Shown here piece by piece: positions 40,410-52,657 of a stretch of 64,000 bases of DNA. The position numbers and the translations under genes were made by a program. This DNA comes from Isurus oxyrinchus (taxonomy: Eukaryota), in contig JANJGN010000031.1 in NCBI GenBank assembly GCA_026770705.1, positions 1,240,001 through 1,304,000 on the forward strand, in the 5' to 3' direction. The notes under the pieces are model-generated. The model was given only the letters and a program-made list of their open reading frames with translations. It had not been told where the DNA came from and ran no database searches. How positions within the stretch are numbered: the stretch's first letter is position 1; each line of letters begins with the position of its first letter.

Positions 40410-41130
40410 AAAAATACACCTTCAGTCTGTCTGCAAGCATGACCCAGACCTCCCTGTCACTAGCCATTTCAACAGACCACCCTTCTCTCAAGCCCACATC
40501 TCCGTCCTTGGCCTGCTGCAATGTTCTACTGAAGCTCAACATAACCTGGAGGAACAGCAGCTCATCTTCTGGCTGGGCACTCTACTGCCTTCCGGACTTA
40601 ATACTGAGTTCAACAACTTCAGATCATGAACTCTGTCCTCCATCCCCAACCCCTTTCCGATTCCCCTTTTTTCCAATAATTTATATTTGTTTAAATATAT
40701 TTTTCTTTTCCCACCTATTTCTAAATCTATCATTTTATCTCCACCATTTAGCCCATTTTGATCCCTTCCCCATACCCCATCCCCATTAGGGCCATCTGCC
40801 ATTTGTTTGTCCTGCTTTCTACCCTTAATGTTACCATCCGCACATTCCTTAGATAATATCACCACCCTGGTTTCCTTTTGTCTCCGACATCTTTCGCAAT
40901 CTCTTCTTTGCCTCCACCTATCATTGGCCCTCTATTCACCTCTACCTGTCCCACCCCCCTCTTCCAGCCTATATTTCATCACATTTCTATATTTCCTTAG
41001 AAAAATGAAGAGTCATTTGGACTCGAAATGTTAACTGTGTTCCTCTCTGCAGATTCTGTCAGACCTGCTGAGCTTTTCCAGCTATTTTTGTTTTAGTTTC
41101 AGCTTTTCAGCATCCACAGTATTTTGCTTT
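40410..41130 (+). mobile_element. Penelope-like element 3' fragment (GIY-YIG C-terminus and tail)
   Basis: PVTSHFN...LEEQQLIFWLGTLLPSGLNTEFNNFRS; tail gaagagtcat...tcgaaatgttaac...cagacctgctgag. Confidence 0.8.
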
Positions 41131-42119
41131 TACCTTGCTGTTATTACCTTAGAGGTTCTATTTTTTATTTTAATTTAGCTCCTAACTATCAACTTCTTTC
41201 AGCAAAACATCCTTTCTAGTCCTATGAATGTCATTGGCACAAATATGGACGAAGACAATTGGGTCCCTCCCCTCCCACTCCAGGTTTCTCTCCAGCCCTG
41301 AGGAGATGTCCTTAACCCTGGCACTGGGCAGGCAACCTTTTGGGTTGATCCTATCAGATGCAGAGAAGAATACCTATCCCCCTAATTAAACTCTTCCTTG
41401 CCACTAATAAGTTTCCATTTCCTCGCCCCCAACCCCCCCCCCCCCCAACTGAACCATGGTGCCATGGTCAGTTCACTCATCCTCCCTGCAGCCCGCCCTC
41501 TCATGCACCCAAATTGCAAGGAGCTTGTAACTGTTAGACTTGCAGGGGCCAAGGCTCCTTAGGACTACCTCCTGGGTCCCCAAACCTGCCTCACCTGTAG
41601 TCACACCCTTCTGTCCCTGATCACAGACCAAATTTGAATGACTTAACCTGAGAGGTGTGACCACCTCCTGGAGCAGTGCCCACATATCTTTACCCCACCC
41701 TGATGTGGTTCAACGTTTGCAGTTCGGCTCCAGCTCCTTAACTCAGATCCGAAGTTCCTCTAGTTGCAAACAGTTGCTACAGATGTGTTCGCTCTGGATC
41801 ATCTTGGTATCCAGCAGCTCCCAAATGCTGCAGCAGCAAAGCACTGCCAATGCTTTCATTTTTCAATTCAATTTATTACTTAATTACTCTAGTATCTCCA
41901 CTCTTTACACTTTGTCATAAATATTTTTGTACACACCAGTGTCAATCTTATACTTTTCTAGTTATATTTAAGAAAAAAAGAACAAAAAGACTAGACATCT
42001 AAACACAAACTAAGGACCTTACTTTTACTTTACAAACTAGAAATACTCACCAATCCTCCTCGCCAATCAGCTGCTGTCCATGCTTTTTTTTCCATCCCAC
42101 GCTCTTTAATGGTCTCAAA

Positions 42120-45070
42120 CACTTCTCTCACACTTGCACTGTTAAAGGCCCAACTTCTCTTGCCCTCGCTCCCTGTAAATAACCACGCTGTTTCTAGCAC
42201 GCTCTTTTTTTATAAATGACCACTCTGTTTCTCTCTTACTCTCTGGCTGAAAATAACCAGACTGTTTTCTCTCCCACTCTCTCACTGTAAACGGCCCTAT
42301 TGTTTCTTTCACTTTCTCACTGTAAATGACCACGCTGCTTCCCTCACATACCCTCCTTGTAAATGGCCACGATGTTCTCTCTCACTCTCTCGCTGTAAAT
42401 GGCCTCACTGTTTCTCTGACACTCACTCATTCTAAATGGCCACACTGTTTCTCACACTCATTCACTACAAAGTGCCAAACTCTTCCTCTCACACTCTCTC
42501 ACTGTAAATGACCCCACTGTTACTATCACACTCTCTCACTGTAAATGGCCCCGTTGCTTCTCTCACTCTCACCATAAATGATAATGCCTTTTCTCTCACA
42601 CCGCCTAGCTGTAAACGACCACGCTGTTTCTCTCACACGTTGTCACTGTAAATGGCCCTAGTGCTTCTCCCACACTCTCTCACTATAAATGGCCACGCTC
42701 TTTCTCTCACAATCTCTTACTGTAAATTAGCACACTGTTTCCCTCTCACTCTGTCACTGTAAATGGCGCTGATGTTTTTTTCTCATGCTTTCTCACTGTA
42801 AATGAAGATGCTATTTCTCTCACATTCACTCGATGTAAATGACCCAGCTGCTTCTCTCACACGCACTCACAATAAATGACCCCACTGCTTCTCTCTCACC
42901 CTCTCACTGTAAACTGCCCCGTTGTTTCCCTCTCAGTCTCTCACAATATATGGCCCCACGATTTCTCTCTCACTCTCATACTGTAAATGATCGCATTATT
43001 TCTCTCAGTCTCCCACTGTAAATGGCTCTGTTGTTAGTCCCACATTCTCTCACCGTATATGGCCCAGCTGTTTCTCTCACACTCTCTCACTGTAAATAAC
43101 CATGCTGTTCCCTCACGCTCTCTCCACTGTAAATGACCACATCGTTTATCTCACATCGCTCACTGTAAATGTCCATAATATTTCTCTCACACTCAATGGC
43201 TGTAAATAAACACGCTGTTTTTCTCTCGCTCTCACAATGTAAATGGCCCCACCGTTTCTCTCACACACAGTCACGATAAATGACCACGCTGTTTCTCTCA
43301 CACTCACTCACTGCATAGGACCACACTCTTTCGCTCACACTCTCTCACTATAAATGACCCCACTGTTACCCTTACAATCACTCACTGTAAATGTCCCCGC
43401 TGTTTCTCTCACACTCTCTCACTGGAAATGGCCATGCTGTGTCTCTCATGCTCTCTCACTGTAAAAGACCACGTTGGTACTCTCTTTCTTTTGCTGTAAA
43501 TGACCATGTTATTTCTCTCACACTCTCTCGCTGTTAATGACGATGCTATTTCTCTCACACTCTTGCTGTAAATGATGCCCCTGCTTCTCTCACTCTCACT
43601 GGAAATGATCTTGCTGTTTCCCTCTCAGTTTCTCACATTAAATGGTGCCGCTGTTTCTCTCTCACACTCACGTTGTAAATGACCACACTCTTTCTCTCAC
43701 ACTCTCTTACTAAAAATAACAGTGCTCTTCTCTCATACTCGCACTGTAAATGACCAAGCTGTTTCTCTCTTTCTCTCGATGTAAGTGACTACATTATTTC
43801 TCTCACATGCTTCTGCTACAAATGGCCCCAATGTTACTCTCACACTCTCTTATCATAAATAACCATGCTGTTTCCCTCACACCCACTCACTGTAAAGGCC
43901 CACACTCTTTCTCTCACACCCTCTTACTTTAAATCACTCTGCTGTTACCCTCACACTCGCTAACTGCAAATGTCCCCCTGCTTCTCTCACACTCTCTCAC
44001 TGTAAATGTCCATGGTTTCTCTCTCACGCTTTCTCACTGTAAATGACCATGCTGTTTCTCTCTTTCTCTCACTGAAAATGACCACATTATTTTTCTCAAA
44101 CTTTCTTGGTGTAAATGACGATGCTATTTCTCTAACACCCTGTCTGCAAATGACCCCGCTGCTCCTCTCACACTCTCTCACTGTAAATGGCCCCGCTGTT
44201 TCCCTCTCAGTCTCTCACATAAAATGGCCCCGCTATTTCTCTCTCACTCTCACATTATAAATGAGCACACTATTTCTCCCATACTCTCCTACTCTAAGTG
44301 GCCCAATGTTATGCTCAGACTCTCTCACTGTAAATGACCCCGCTGTTTCTCTAACACTACCTCACTGTAAATAACCATGCTGTTTCCCTTACACTCTCGC
44401 ACTGTAAATGGCGACGTTGTTACTCTCTTTCCCTTGCTGTAAATGAGCACATTATTTCTCTCACATGCTCCTGCTGTAAATGAGCCCGCTGTTACTTTTA
44501 CACTCTCTCACTGTGATTGGCCACGCTTTTTTCTCCCACACTCTGTGACTGTAAGTGACCCCACAGTTTCTCTCACATACTATCACCGTAAGTTACCACG
44601 CTGTTTCTCTCTTTCTCTCGCTGTGAATGACCACATCATTTCTCTCACACACTCCCACTTTAAATGAACCCACTGTTACTCTCACACTCCATCCCTGTAA
44701 ATGGCCCCGCTGATTCCCTCACACTCTCTCACTGCAAATGACCACGCTATTTCTCTAACACTCTCCCACTCTAAGTGACGCCCCTGTTTGTCTCACACTC
44801 TCACTGTAATAACCACGTTGTTTCTCTCACACTCACTTGCTGTCAATGACCAAGCTTTTCCTCTCAGACTCTCTCGCTGCAAATGACTATTCTCTTTCTC
44901 TCTTTAGTTTGCTGTAAATGATCACTCTTACTGCAAATGACCCCACTATTTCACACACATTCTCTCACTGTAAATGCTCATGCAGTTTCTCTCACACTCA
45001 CTGGCTGTAAATGACAACGCTGTTTATATCATACTCTCTCGCTGTATATGACCACACTCTTCCTCTCTTA
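42120..45070. repeat. ~3-kb minisatellite, 37-38-bp unit (consensus approx. CACTGTAAATGACCACGCTGTTTCTCTCACACTCTCT), roughly 75-80 copies
   Basis: ctgtaaatg recurs about every 38 nt throughout. Confidence 0.92.
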
Positions 45071-46444
45071 CTGTCTCCTTGTCAGATGGTTAATAATACA
45101 ATATATCCCATCGGGCTTTCAGGAGAAACCTCATTTTCCCAGAGAGGCGAGATTCTGGAACCCATTATCACGGGGCGAAGAGCAGAGATGGATTTCGGGG
45201 GAAGCTGGATAAACAGATGAAAGTTGAAGGGTGTGTTGATGGATCGAAATCAAGTAACATGGGAGGAGAGGATTAAAGACACTCTTTAAAAAGGAGCACG
45301 AAGCTATTGGATTGACTGGTCTGTTTCTGTGTGATACAGTCCATGTTGGTACAGTGAGGGGTAGTAAGACACCTTTAGGGGATAATTCAGTGGAGTTAGT
45401 GAACTGACCCCTGAGTGGGGATATACATGGGAACAGTGGGGAGGGGGAGATGGACTCTGGACTCTTGCTTCTTTCTGCGTTTTTATCATGTTTCTATTGG
45501 CGGGTAAGCAAATGGCGGATCGGGAGTCACATAGATGGGCTTTGGATCTGCAGCAGGAATGTGTTTACAGACTCTGTGTTCATTACAAGCCGTTGATAAA
45601 TGGAAAATAGTAAAAGAAAGCAGCCAGCACGAGGAAAGGGCGAATGAAAAAATGAGGTTGAGAAGGAAAGGTAGACCGGTGCATATAAGCAATAAACACG
45701 TCAAGGAATGTACCCACTCAACACTGCTCTGTTTCTACAAGACATGGAGCCATTGAACCATGAAACAGCCGGGACACAGAAAGTCGTTCATCGAAACAGG
45801 AAGGCCATTCATCCCTTCCAGCATGTAACGCAGGAAGACGAGGAGGCCATTCAGTCCGTCGATCCTGTTAAACAGGAAGAGGAGGAGGCCATTCTGTCCT
45901 CCCAAACTGTTAGGTTTATTTCTTTTTTTGGACAGTAGGCAGAGAAAATGCTTTCTTATTTTTGACTCTATTAGCTTTAAAAATAAAACAATGTTTTCTT
46001 CTTTCTTTGCACTTCTGCCAGTGACAACTGGGACAAATCAGTTTTCATGACTGCGGGCTCAGTGGATCAATATTAGCACAGCACAGCCGGGGTGAACTCT
46101 ACTCATTCAGCAAAAGTTGCGCAGATTCCAACATCAACTTATCCTGAACTGAGCTGAATGATTGAACATGTTTAATTGGCGGGGGACAGCTTTCAGGGTG
46201 ACAAATGTAAGGGTTAGAAAAGAGAAATAAGCGAAACTAAAGACAGAAAGAAAGAAGGGACGCAGAAAATAATGAAACAGCAAGTAACAGAAAGGCTTTG
46301 ACACATGAAGAAAGAAATAAACAGTCAAAGAGAACAATATAACGACCTGTTTTTCTAGGCTCCGGGTTTCTTTCTCCAAGTGGACAGCAGAAGGCGCTCT
46401 ATGCTGGTGCCTGACATGTTGGTTTAAATGGAATTGAAAATCAC

Positions 46445-46640
46445 GAGGCGGTCTTGTGGTGCAGTGGGTAGTGAGCCTACCCATGAGTCAGAAGCTCCGT
46501 CTCCAATTCTGACTATAGGGCTCAATGCCCAAGTAATGTACGTTCATAATGCAGCCAAACAGGTTGAGTCTCAACGTGTAAGTCCTCCACCAGACACAAA
46601 AGGCAGCCAGTGAGAGCGGGAGTTATTCCTGGTTAGCAAC
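46445..46640 (+). mobile_element. tRNA-derived SINE fragment
   Basis: Head ggcggtcttgtggtgcagtgggtagtg with A-box-like TGGTGCAGTGG. Confidence 0.5.
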
Positions 46641-47059
46641 GTGATGGAATATCGGATACCCTCCCTTCCCTCTCTGTAGCTCAAGACTCCAAGATGCATG
46701 TTAAAGAAGCTGGATGGCTGATGTGGATCTGATTGGTACTAACAACTGCGGGGTTTGATCACCATGCTGGATAGTTTGAATTCTGGACCTGCCGCCTTGC
46801 CTCACCTGTCGTGCAGGTTGTGCTGCTGCGGGTCGGACCTGCCTTCAAATAGAGAACTCAAGAAAGATCGGGAGTATTTCAAACTTGCCAGTCAATTCAA
46901 TTAGATTCCAGCTGTTCTGTATCCGCCTTGCGTCTGTCACCATTGATATCTTTGCACAACAAAAACCGATCAAGTTCAGTCTTACATCTTCAAATGACTC
47001 TCCAAGTCATCCAGTGATCGTTGGGGCACGTGCTAGAGATTCGTTTGTGTGAACAGCCT

Positions 47060-48480
47060 AGTTCTGATTGCAAAACACCTGACGTAACTGCTTTATTCAA
47101 AAGGAAGGGAGACAGAGAGCAGGAATCTATAGTCCAGTGAGCTTTACACCTGTCAGAGGGAAAATTATATAAGCGATTCTCAAAGATGTTATAACGGGAC
47201 ACTTAGGTAAATTTCAAGTTAACCAGGCAGAGTCAACATGGTTTTGTGAAAGGGAAGTCATATTTAACCAATTCATTGGAGTTTTTTGAAGAAGGAAAAG
47301 GTACAATGCATGAAGGGAACCCAGTAGATGTACATTTAGATTTCCAGAAGGCATTTGATAAAGCACCACATCAAAGGTTATTGCTGACAATACAAGCTCA
47401 TTGTGTTCAGGGTATGATATTGGTATGGATAGACGATTAGCTCGTTAACAGGAATCACAAAGTAGACACAAATATGTATATTTCTGGTTGCTGGGAAGTG
47501 GCGAGTGGTATCACAGGGATCAGTGCTGAGGCCTCAGCACTTTACAATATATACAAATAATTTGCATGAAGGGAATGGTTGGTAAATTTGATGATGACCA
47601 AAAAGAGGTAGGAAAGTAAGTTGTGAAGAGGACATAAGGAGATTACCAAAGGATATAGATAGGTTAAAAAAAAAGGGCAAAAACCTGGTAAATGCAGTAC
47701 CAGGTGGGGAAGTGTTAAATTGTCCATTTTGGCAGGACAACAAATGAAGCATATTATTTAAATGGTGAGAGATTTTAGAGCTCTGAGATGTAGAGTGATC
47801 TAGGCGCCCTAGTGCATGAATCCCAAAAGGCTAGAATGCAGATCCAGCAAGTAATTGGGAAAGCTCGGAGAATGTGATTGTTTATTGTGATAGGAAGTGA
47901 ATACAAGGAGAGGGAAGTTATCCTTCAGCTAGACAGAGTACCACATCTCGGGTACTGGGTGCACTATTTAAGGAAGGATGGAAATGCATTAGAAGCAGTT
48001 CAGAGAAGTTTAACTAGATTAATACCGGAATAGGCTGGAAAGGAAAGGTTGGACTGGCTAGGCTTGTATCCGCCAGAGTTTAGAAGAGTAAGAGACGACT
48101 TGATTGAAACATATAAAATCCTGTGGGTGCTTGACTGGGTGGATGTGGAGAGGATGTTTCCTCTTGTAGGAGAATCACGAACTCAGGGGCACTGATTAAA
48201 CATTAGGCGTCGCCTATTTCAGGCGGTGATGAGGAGAATTTTTTTTTCTCAGTGTGTTGTGAGGGTTTGGAATTCTCTTCTTAAAGAGATGGTTGATGCA
48301 GAATCTTCGAATATCATAAAGGCAGAAGCAGAGAGATCCTTGATATTAATGTGGTGAAAGGTTAGCAGGAGTAGGCAGGAATTTGAAGTTGAGGTTAAAA
48401 TTAGAACAGCCATGATCTTATTGAATGGCGGAGCAGTTTCGAGGGGCCTACCCCTGCTCCTAATTCGTACGTACGTTCAT
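47060..48480 (+). mobile_element. CR1-clade LINE; mirror copy of 11575-13130
   Basis: LDFQKAFDKAPHQRLLLTIQAHCVQG; reverse complement of the left-arm copy. Confidence 0.85.
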
Positions 48481-49767
48481 ATTATTGTGAAGTTCTTATG
48501 AATTTCCCCACAGAGGAGGGAACTTCAAACTATCTACCCTATCAACTGACATCTAAGTAAATACTCAGCAGCTCACCCCTACATTACAGTTCAAAGAGGA
48601 GAGTTGGATTTTAGGATACTGGTGAAAGTTATTCACACCTAGATTTCTAATGGCATACCTGGATTTCTGTGGAGCAGTCTGCTTGTCTTACAACATATTA
48701 GAAAATGTGTGAATGCTGGAGCGAAAACTGAGGAGGTTTAAAGTATTATTGTAGTTCTCTAGATTCGAAAAGCTCTAAAAATAAAAGCATAAACAATGAG
48801 TTTCTTCATGGAAAGTCTGGTAAGAGAGCCTGGTAAGAGGATTGTTATCCTCGTTAGAGATGTAAATTATTCATGCGTGACCCAGGGTCAAAGTTGTTTT
48901 GATAATTTACATTGCTGTTAGGAACATCCAGGTATCCAATCTTGCTCTGGAGATATGCAATGCAGAGAGGTAATATTTTGTTTTGGGTTTTTACCTGTGT
49001 GTTTTCTCACAGAGGCAGGCACTCATCTTGAAGAAAAGCAAAGAGAGATGGTCTGCCAGGGCTGGGAAGCAATGGGAAGCATAACAAAGGGTTGTCACAA
49101 ATGAAACGCGGTTTTGTGAATTTTAAAAGTCACTAAGCAAGAGATTAAAGCCCCTGCTTCAGCTGTGGGAATCCAGAATCATGCGGTGTCCAAGGAGAGT
49201 TGGAATAACCTATACCTGGAGGGGTCCGAAAAGCATTTGTACATCACAGAATAGCTGGATCATCGAGGAGAATACACAGTGAATTACCAAGAGCTGTGGT
49301 ATACCTTAGTTTTGTGCCAGAAGAAGTCAATGAACCCTCAAGATCGTGTAATGTATAACTGAACTCTTTGTTTGAAACCCGTTTTAATTTCTACTTCAAC
49401 CCAAGTCATTACAAAGTATCATATTAATTTAGCAGTGCTCGCTTTTATAATGTTTGTACAGTGAGGCTTTTTTTGTTCAAAACCTGAAATCTTGTATCTT
49501 ACTACTTTCACCGGGAGATCGAATTTCTCTTTAAACATTAACATTCTGTACGGGGGTCATTACATCAGAGAGAGGGAGGGCCCACCAACTGAGGGAGGGA
49601 GTCGCAGAGAGGTCATTCAGAGGGAGAGGTGTGTCCGAAGCTTCATCACTTCCTCCAGCTCCTCATGTTTTCCTCGATGATTTGATAAGAGCGGGTTGGG
49701 AACTCAGAGGCGTCCACACTTCTGTTCTCGCTCCTGTGTTTATTGAGCAAAAAGCTTCAAGTTAAAA

Positions 49768-50220
49768 ATGTATCTGATGACCGTATTTAGCCGTAAGCGA
49801 TTTTTTTTAATTGTAGCTTTCATTCATAATCTTCTTTTACATTATCCTTTCTTACTATTTCTTTCTATCAGTCGTTGTCTCTTGTTCTTTCGTTTCTGTC
49901 TCTTCTTTTTCCAATCTCCGACAATGTCTCTATTTACTGACCTCCTCCTTTACCTCCTCCTCCCCAGATGTGGACATACAGACTATCCGCCAGACTCCCG
50001 CTGCTGTCTCCAGATTTCCCAGGGATGAAGTGGAACTGCAGTGCTGTGTGCAGGGGTGCAGGAAGCATAACATGTCCTGGTACAGACAGAACCCGAGGAA
50101 GCCGCCGCAGTTTCTATTTTACTCCACGGTGAGTTCAATCACGTGAGTCCAGAGTTCAAGCTGGAGCCCTCCAGCCTGCGGGCGAATCACTCGGCCGTGT
50201 GTTACTGCGCCTGGAGTTTT
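49768..50220 (+). pseudogene. TRBV: TCR beta-type V segment V4 pseudogene; shortened leader 49768-49792, V exon 49968-50220
   Basis: Leader MYLMTVFS (12 nt shorter than V3). VDIQTIRQTPAAVSRFPRDEVELQCCVQGCRKHNMSWYRQNPRKPPQFLFYST, then a frameshift, then NHVSPE[45-nt deletion vs V3]FKLEPSSLRANHSAVCYCAWSF. Confidence 0.9.
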
Positions 50221-50259
50221 CACAGTGACTCAGAGAGATGGAGCAGCTCAACAAAAACC
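50221..50259 (+). promoter_or_regulatory. Consensus 23-RSS of V4
   Basis: CACAGTG + actcagagagatggagcagctca + ACAAAAACC (perfect heptamer and nonamer). Confidence 0.95.
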
Positions 50260-52152
50260 TCAAACGCGGCAGGAAACAGCTGTTCGAGACAACATTACGG
50301 GGCGCTTCAACTTGTGTTTCTTTTTTCTCTCGGGGAAAATAACTTTCGTCAATAAGAGAACAGACACAATTAAAGTGAGTATTAGAATGGGAAACACTGG
50401 AGAAGAGAGTTGCCAGATATGAGTGGTTAAAGCATCAGCAAAGTCTGAATTTGTTCCTTTCTGTTGGAAATAAATGTTGATAGCAGTTCTTATGAAGTTT
50501 TATTGAAATTATGAGGGGGTTTATTAGGATTCAGATGGGGAAATGAGAATCAGTTACAACATCGAATTAGGAGTTTGGAACAAACTATTTCAAGCAAAGA
50601 ACGTGCAAGTCGCCACCACCGAATGTTTGATGTGAATATTATCGTTATCTTGAAAGGGAAACTGGATAAACACAAGTGAGAAAGGAATAAAAAGTAAAAA
50701 GTTAATGAGAGAGAAGTTCAACCCATCCTGGGCTGAGGTTTTGAGCACTGTCAGCGGATGACGCTGGTTTTCACATCGGTGAATTTAGATCTGAGTACGG
50801 TGAACTAAATAATAAATAAGAATATAAGATACATGAAAAAGAGAAGGGAAACAGGGATAAGGAGATACAGAAAAGATTAGGTTTTTATACACTGACTCTG
50901 CGCTTTCTTTCCAACTCGAGCTGCAGAGGGCGCACTCGGACCATGAAACACATCAGTGCCCGGAACATGGTTCAATCGGAACAGAAACAGATGGAGGCGA
51001 GAAAGCCCTTCGAACCTGCTCCTCTATAGCATTAGATGATGGCTGATCTATACCTTCATTCCATCTACCCACCTCCACTACGCATCCACTGACCGAACAA
51101 AATCTATCAATTCAATTTTGAAATTGACCACCAAATTGTATTTGGTGAGAGAGTTCCAGCTTTTCACTATCCGTTGTATAATCAGTCACCACATCGCTGT
51201 GGGTCTGCAAACATATATAGACGAGAGCAGGTAAGCACGGTACATTTCCTTCCCTAAAGGGAACCAGAAGGGTTTCTACGACAATCGACAATGATTTCAT
51301 CAGACTTTCAATTTCACGTTTTGATTGGATTCAAATTTCACCATCTGCCTTGGTGGGATATTCACCCAGGTCCCCAGATCCCTGGAATACGAGACAATGA
51401 CCATAGCATTATGCCAACACTTATCTTAAGCAAAAAAGTTATACCTCATTATTCTGGAAGAACACTGGAACAAATAGCACCTAATTACTAACGCAAGAAA
51501 TTTTTCTAAATTGTCCAAATAAAGCCTCACGTGTACAGCCCTCAATCTGCTATGCTCAATGGAATACCGAGAAACCGTCCTCATGATTTAATGCTTTGCC
51601 CCTTCTCAGTCTAATACATTCCTCCCGAGGTGAGCTGCGCAGAGATGAAAGAAATCTTCCGATGGAGCCTGCCCGGCGCTCTCAACATCATGACTGTAAC
51701 TGGCTCCATGCTACACTCCAGCTCCGCTTGAGTAAAGGCTAGCATTCCATTCACCCAGGTGATTCATTTTTCTTCATGTCTGTCTGCGAATTTTAATGCT
51801 GGATAACTAAGCTCCTTGCAGCTCTAGAGTTCTTCGCTTCGCACCAGTTAGAAAGTATTCGGCTCTTCCCCCCTTAGGCCGACTGTTGTGACCTCAGACC
51901 CATTGCATCTATCACTGCTTTACCCATTCCTGACCTCTGGTCTTTGAAACCCGCTGCACTCATCAGCTCCACTTAGTCAATTATTGAGGGAGAGGGCGTG
52001 TCATTCACTATCGAGGGAGGCTTGTGTGCACACGGCCCTGGGCCTTTCAACTTCCCCTCAATGATTTGACCGGAGGCGGTTTCACTCCTATCAAGACTGG
52101 CCTCTAGTCTTTTCGTTCATTTCCCTATTACAAGACAAGCTTAAAGGCAAGG

Positions 52153-52618
52153 ATGTTTCTGTTACTGAGTCTCATTATCGTAATTCAATGTAAATGAGTT
52201 TTCAAGCGACAATTTTTGTCAACACACATCGTTTCTCATTTCTTTTCTTCCTTCCTTCTTTCACGTTTTATTTTTCCTTCCCTGATTCTCCATAACAAAT
52301 TCCCTGTGCATTCATCTCCTTCGCTCCCGATTTCCTTCTCAGCCGTTTATTCGGCAACAGTCCATCAGAGTCCCCGAACTGTTTCCAATTTTTTTGGAGT
52401 TAGAGTCGAATTGAATTGCACTGTGGAGGGAGCCAGTAGCGGTTCCATGTTCTGATACAGACAGTACTCGGGGAAGCAGCTGCAGCTCATGTTTACTCAA
52501 TCCAGAGGGGCTGGTGGACGGTTTCATCACCTGGAAACCGAGAGGCTGCGAGTTCAAGCTGGAACCCCCCAGGCTGCGGCCGAATCACTCGGCCATGTGT
52601 CACTGCACCTCGAGTCTT
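52153..52618 (+). pseudogene. TRBV: TCR beta-type V segment V5 pseudogene; leader 52153-52189, V exon 52343-52618
   Basis: Leader MFLLLSLIIVIQ|GT. VYSATVHQSPRTVSNFFGVRVELNCTVEGASSGSMF*YRQYSGKQLQLMF, then a CDR2 deletion with frameshift, then NPEGLVDGFITWKPRGCEFKLEPPRLRPNHSAMCHCTSSL. The conserved Trp is TGA at 52453-52455. Confidence 0.9.
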
Positions 52619-52657
52619 CACAGTGACTCAGAGAGATGGAGCAGCTCAACAAAAGCC
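52619..52657 (+). promoter_or_regulatory. 23-RSS of V5
   Basis: CACAGTG + actcagagagatggagcagctca + ACAAAAGCC. Confidence 0.92.

Noticed and set aside
42120-45070. CRISPR-like array
   Set aside because: Head-to-tail degenerate monomers without unique spacers, in vertebrate DNA.
46060-46200. Possible further degenerate V on the minus strand (FSSVQDKLMLESAQLLLNE*, faintly FR3-like)
   Set aside because: No WYRQ, no first Cys context and no credible RSS; the similarity is too short to support.
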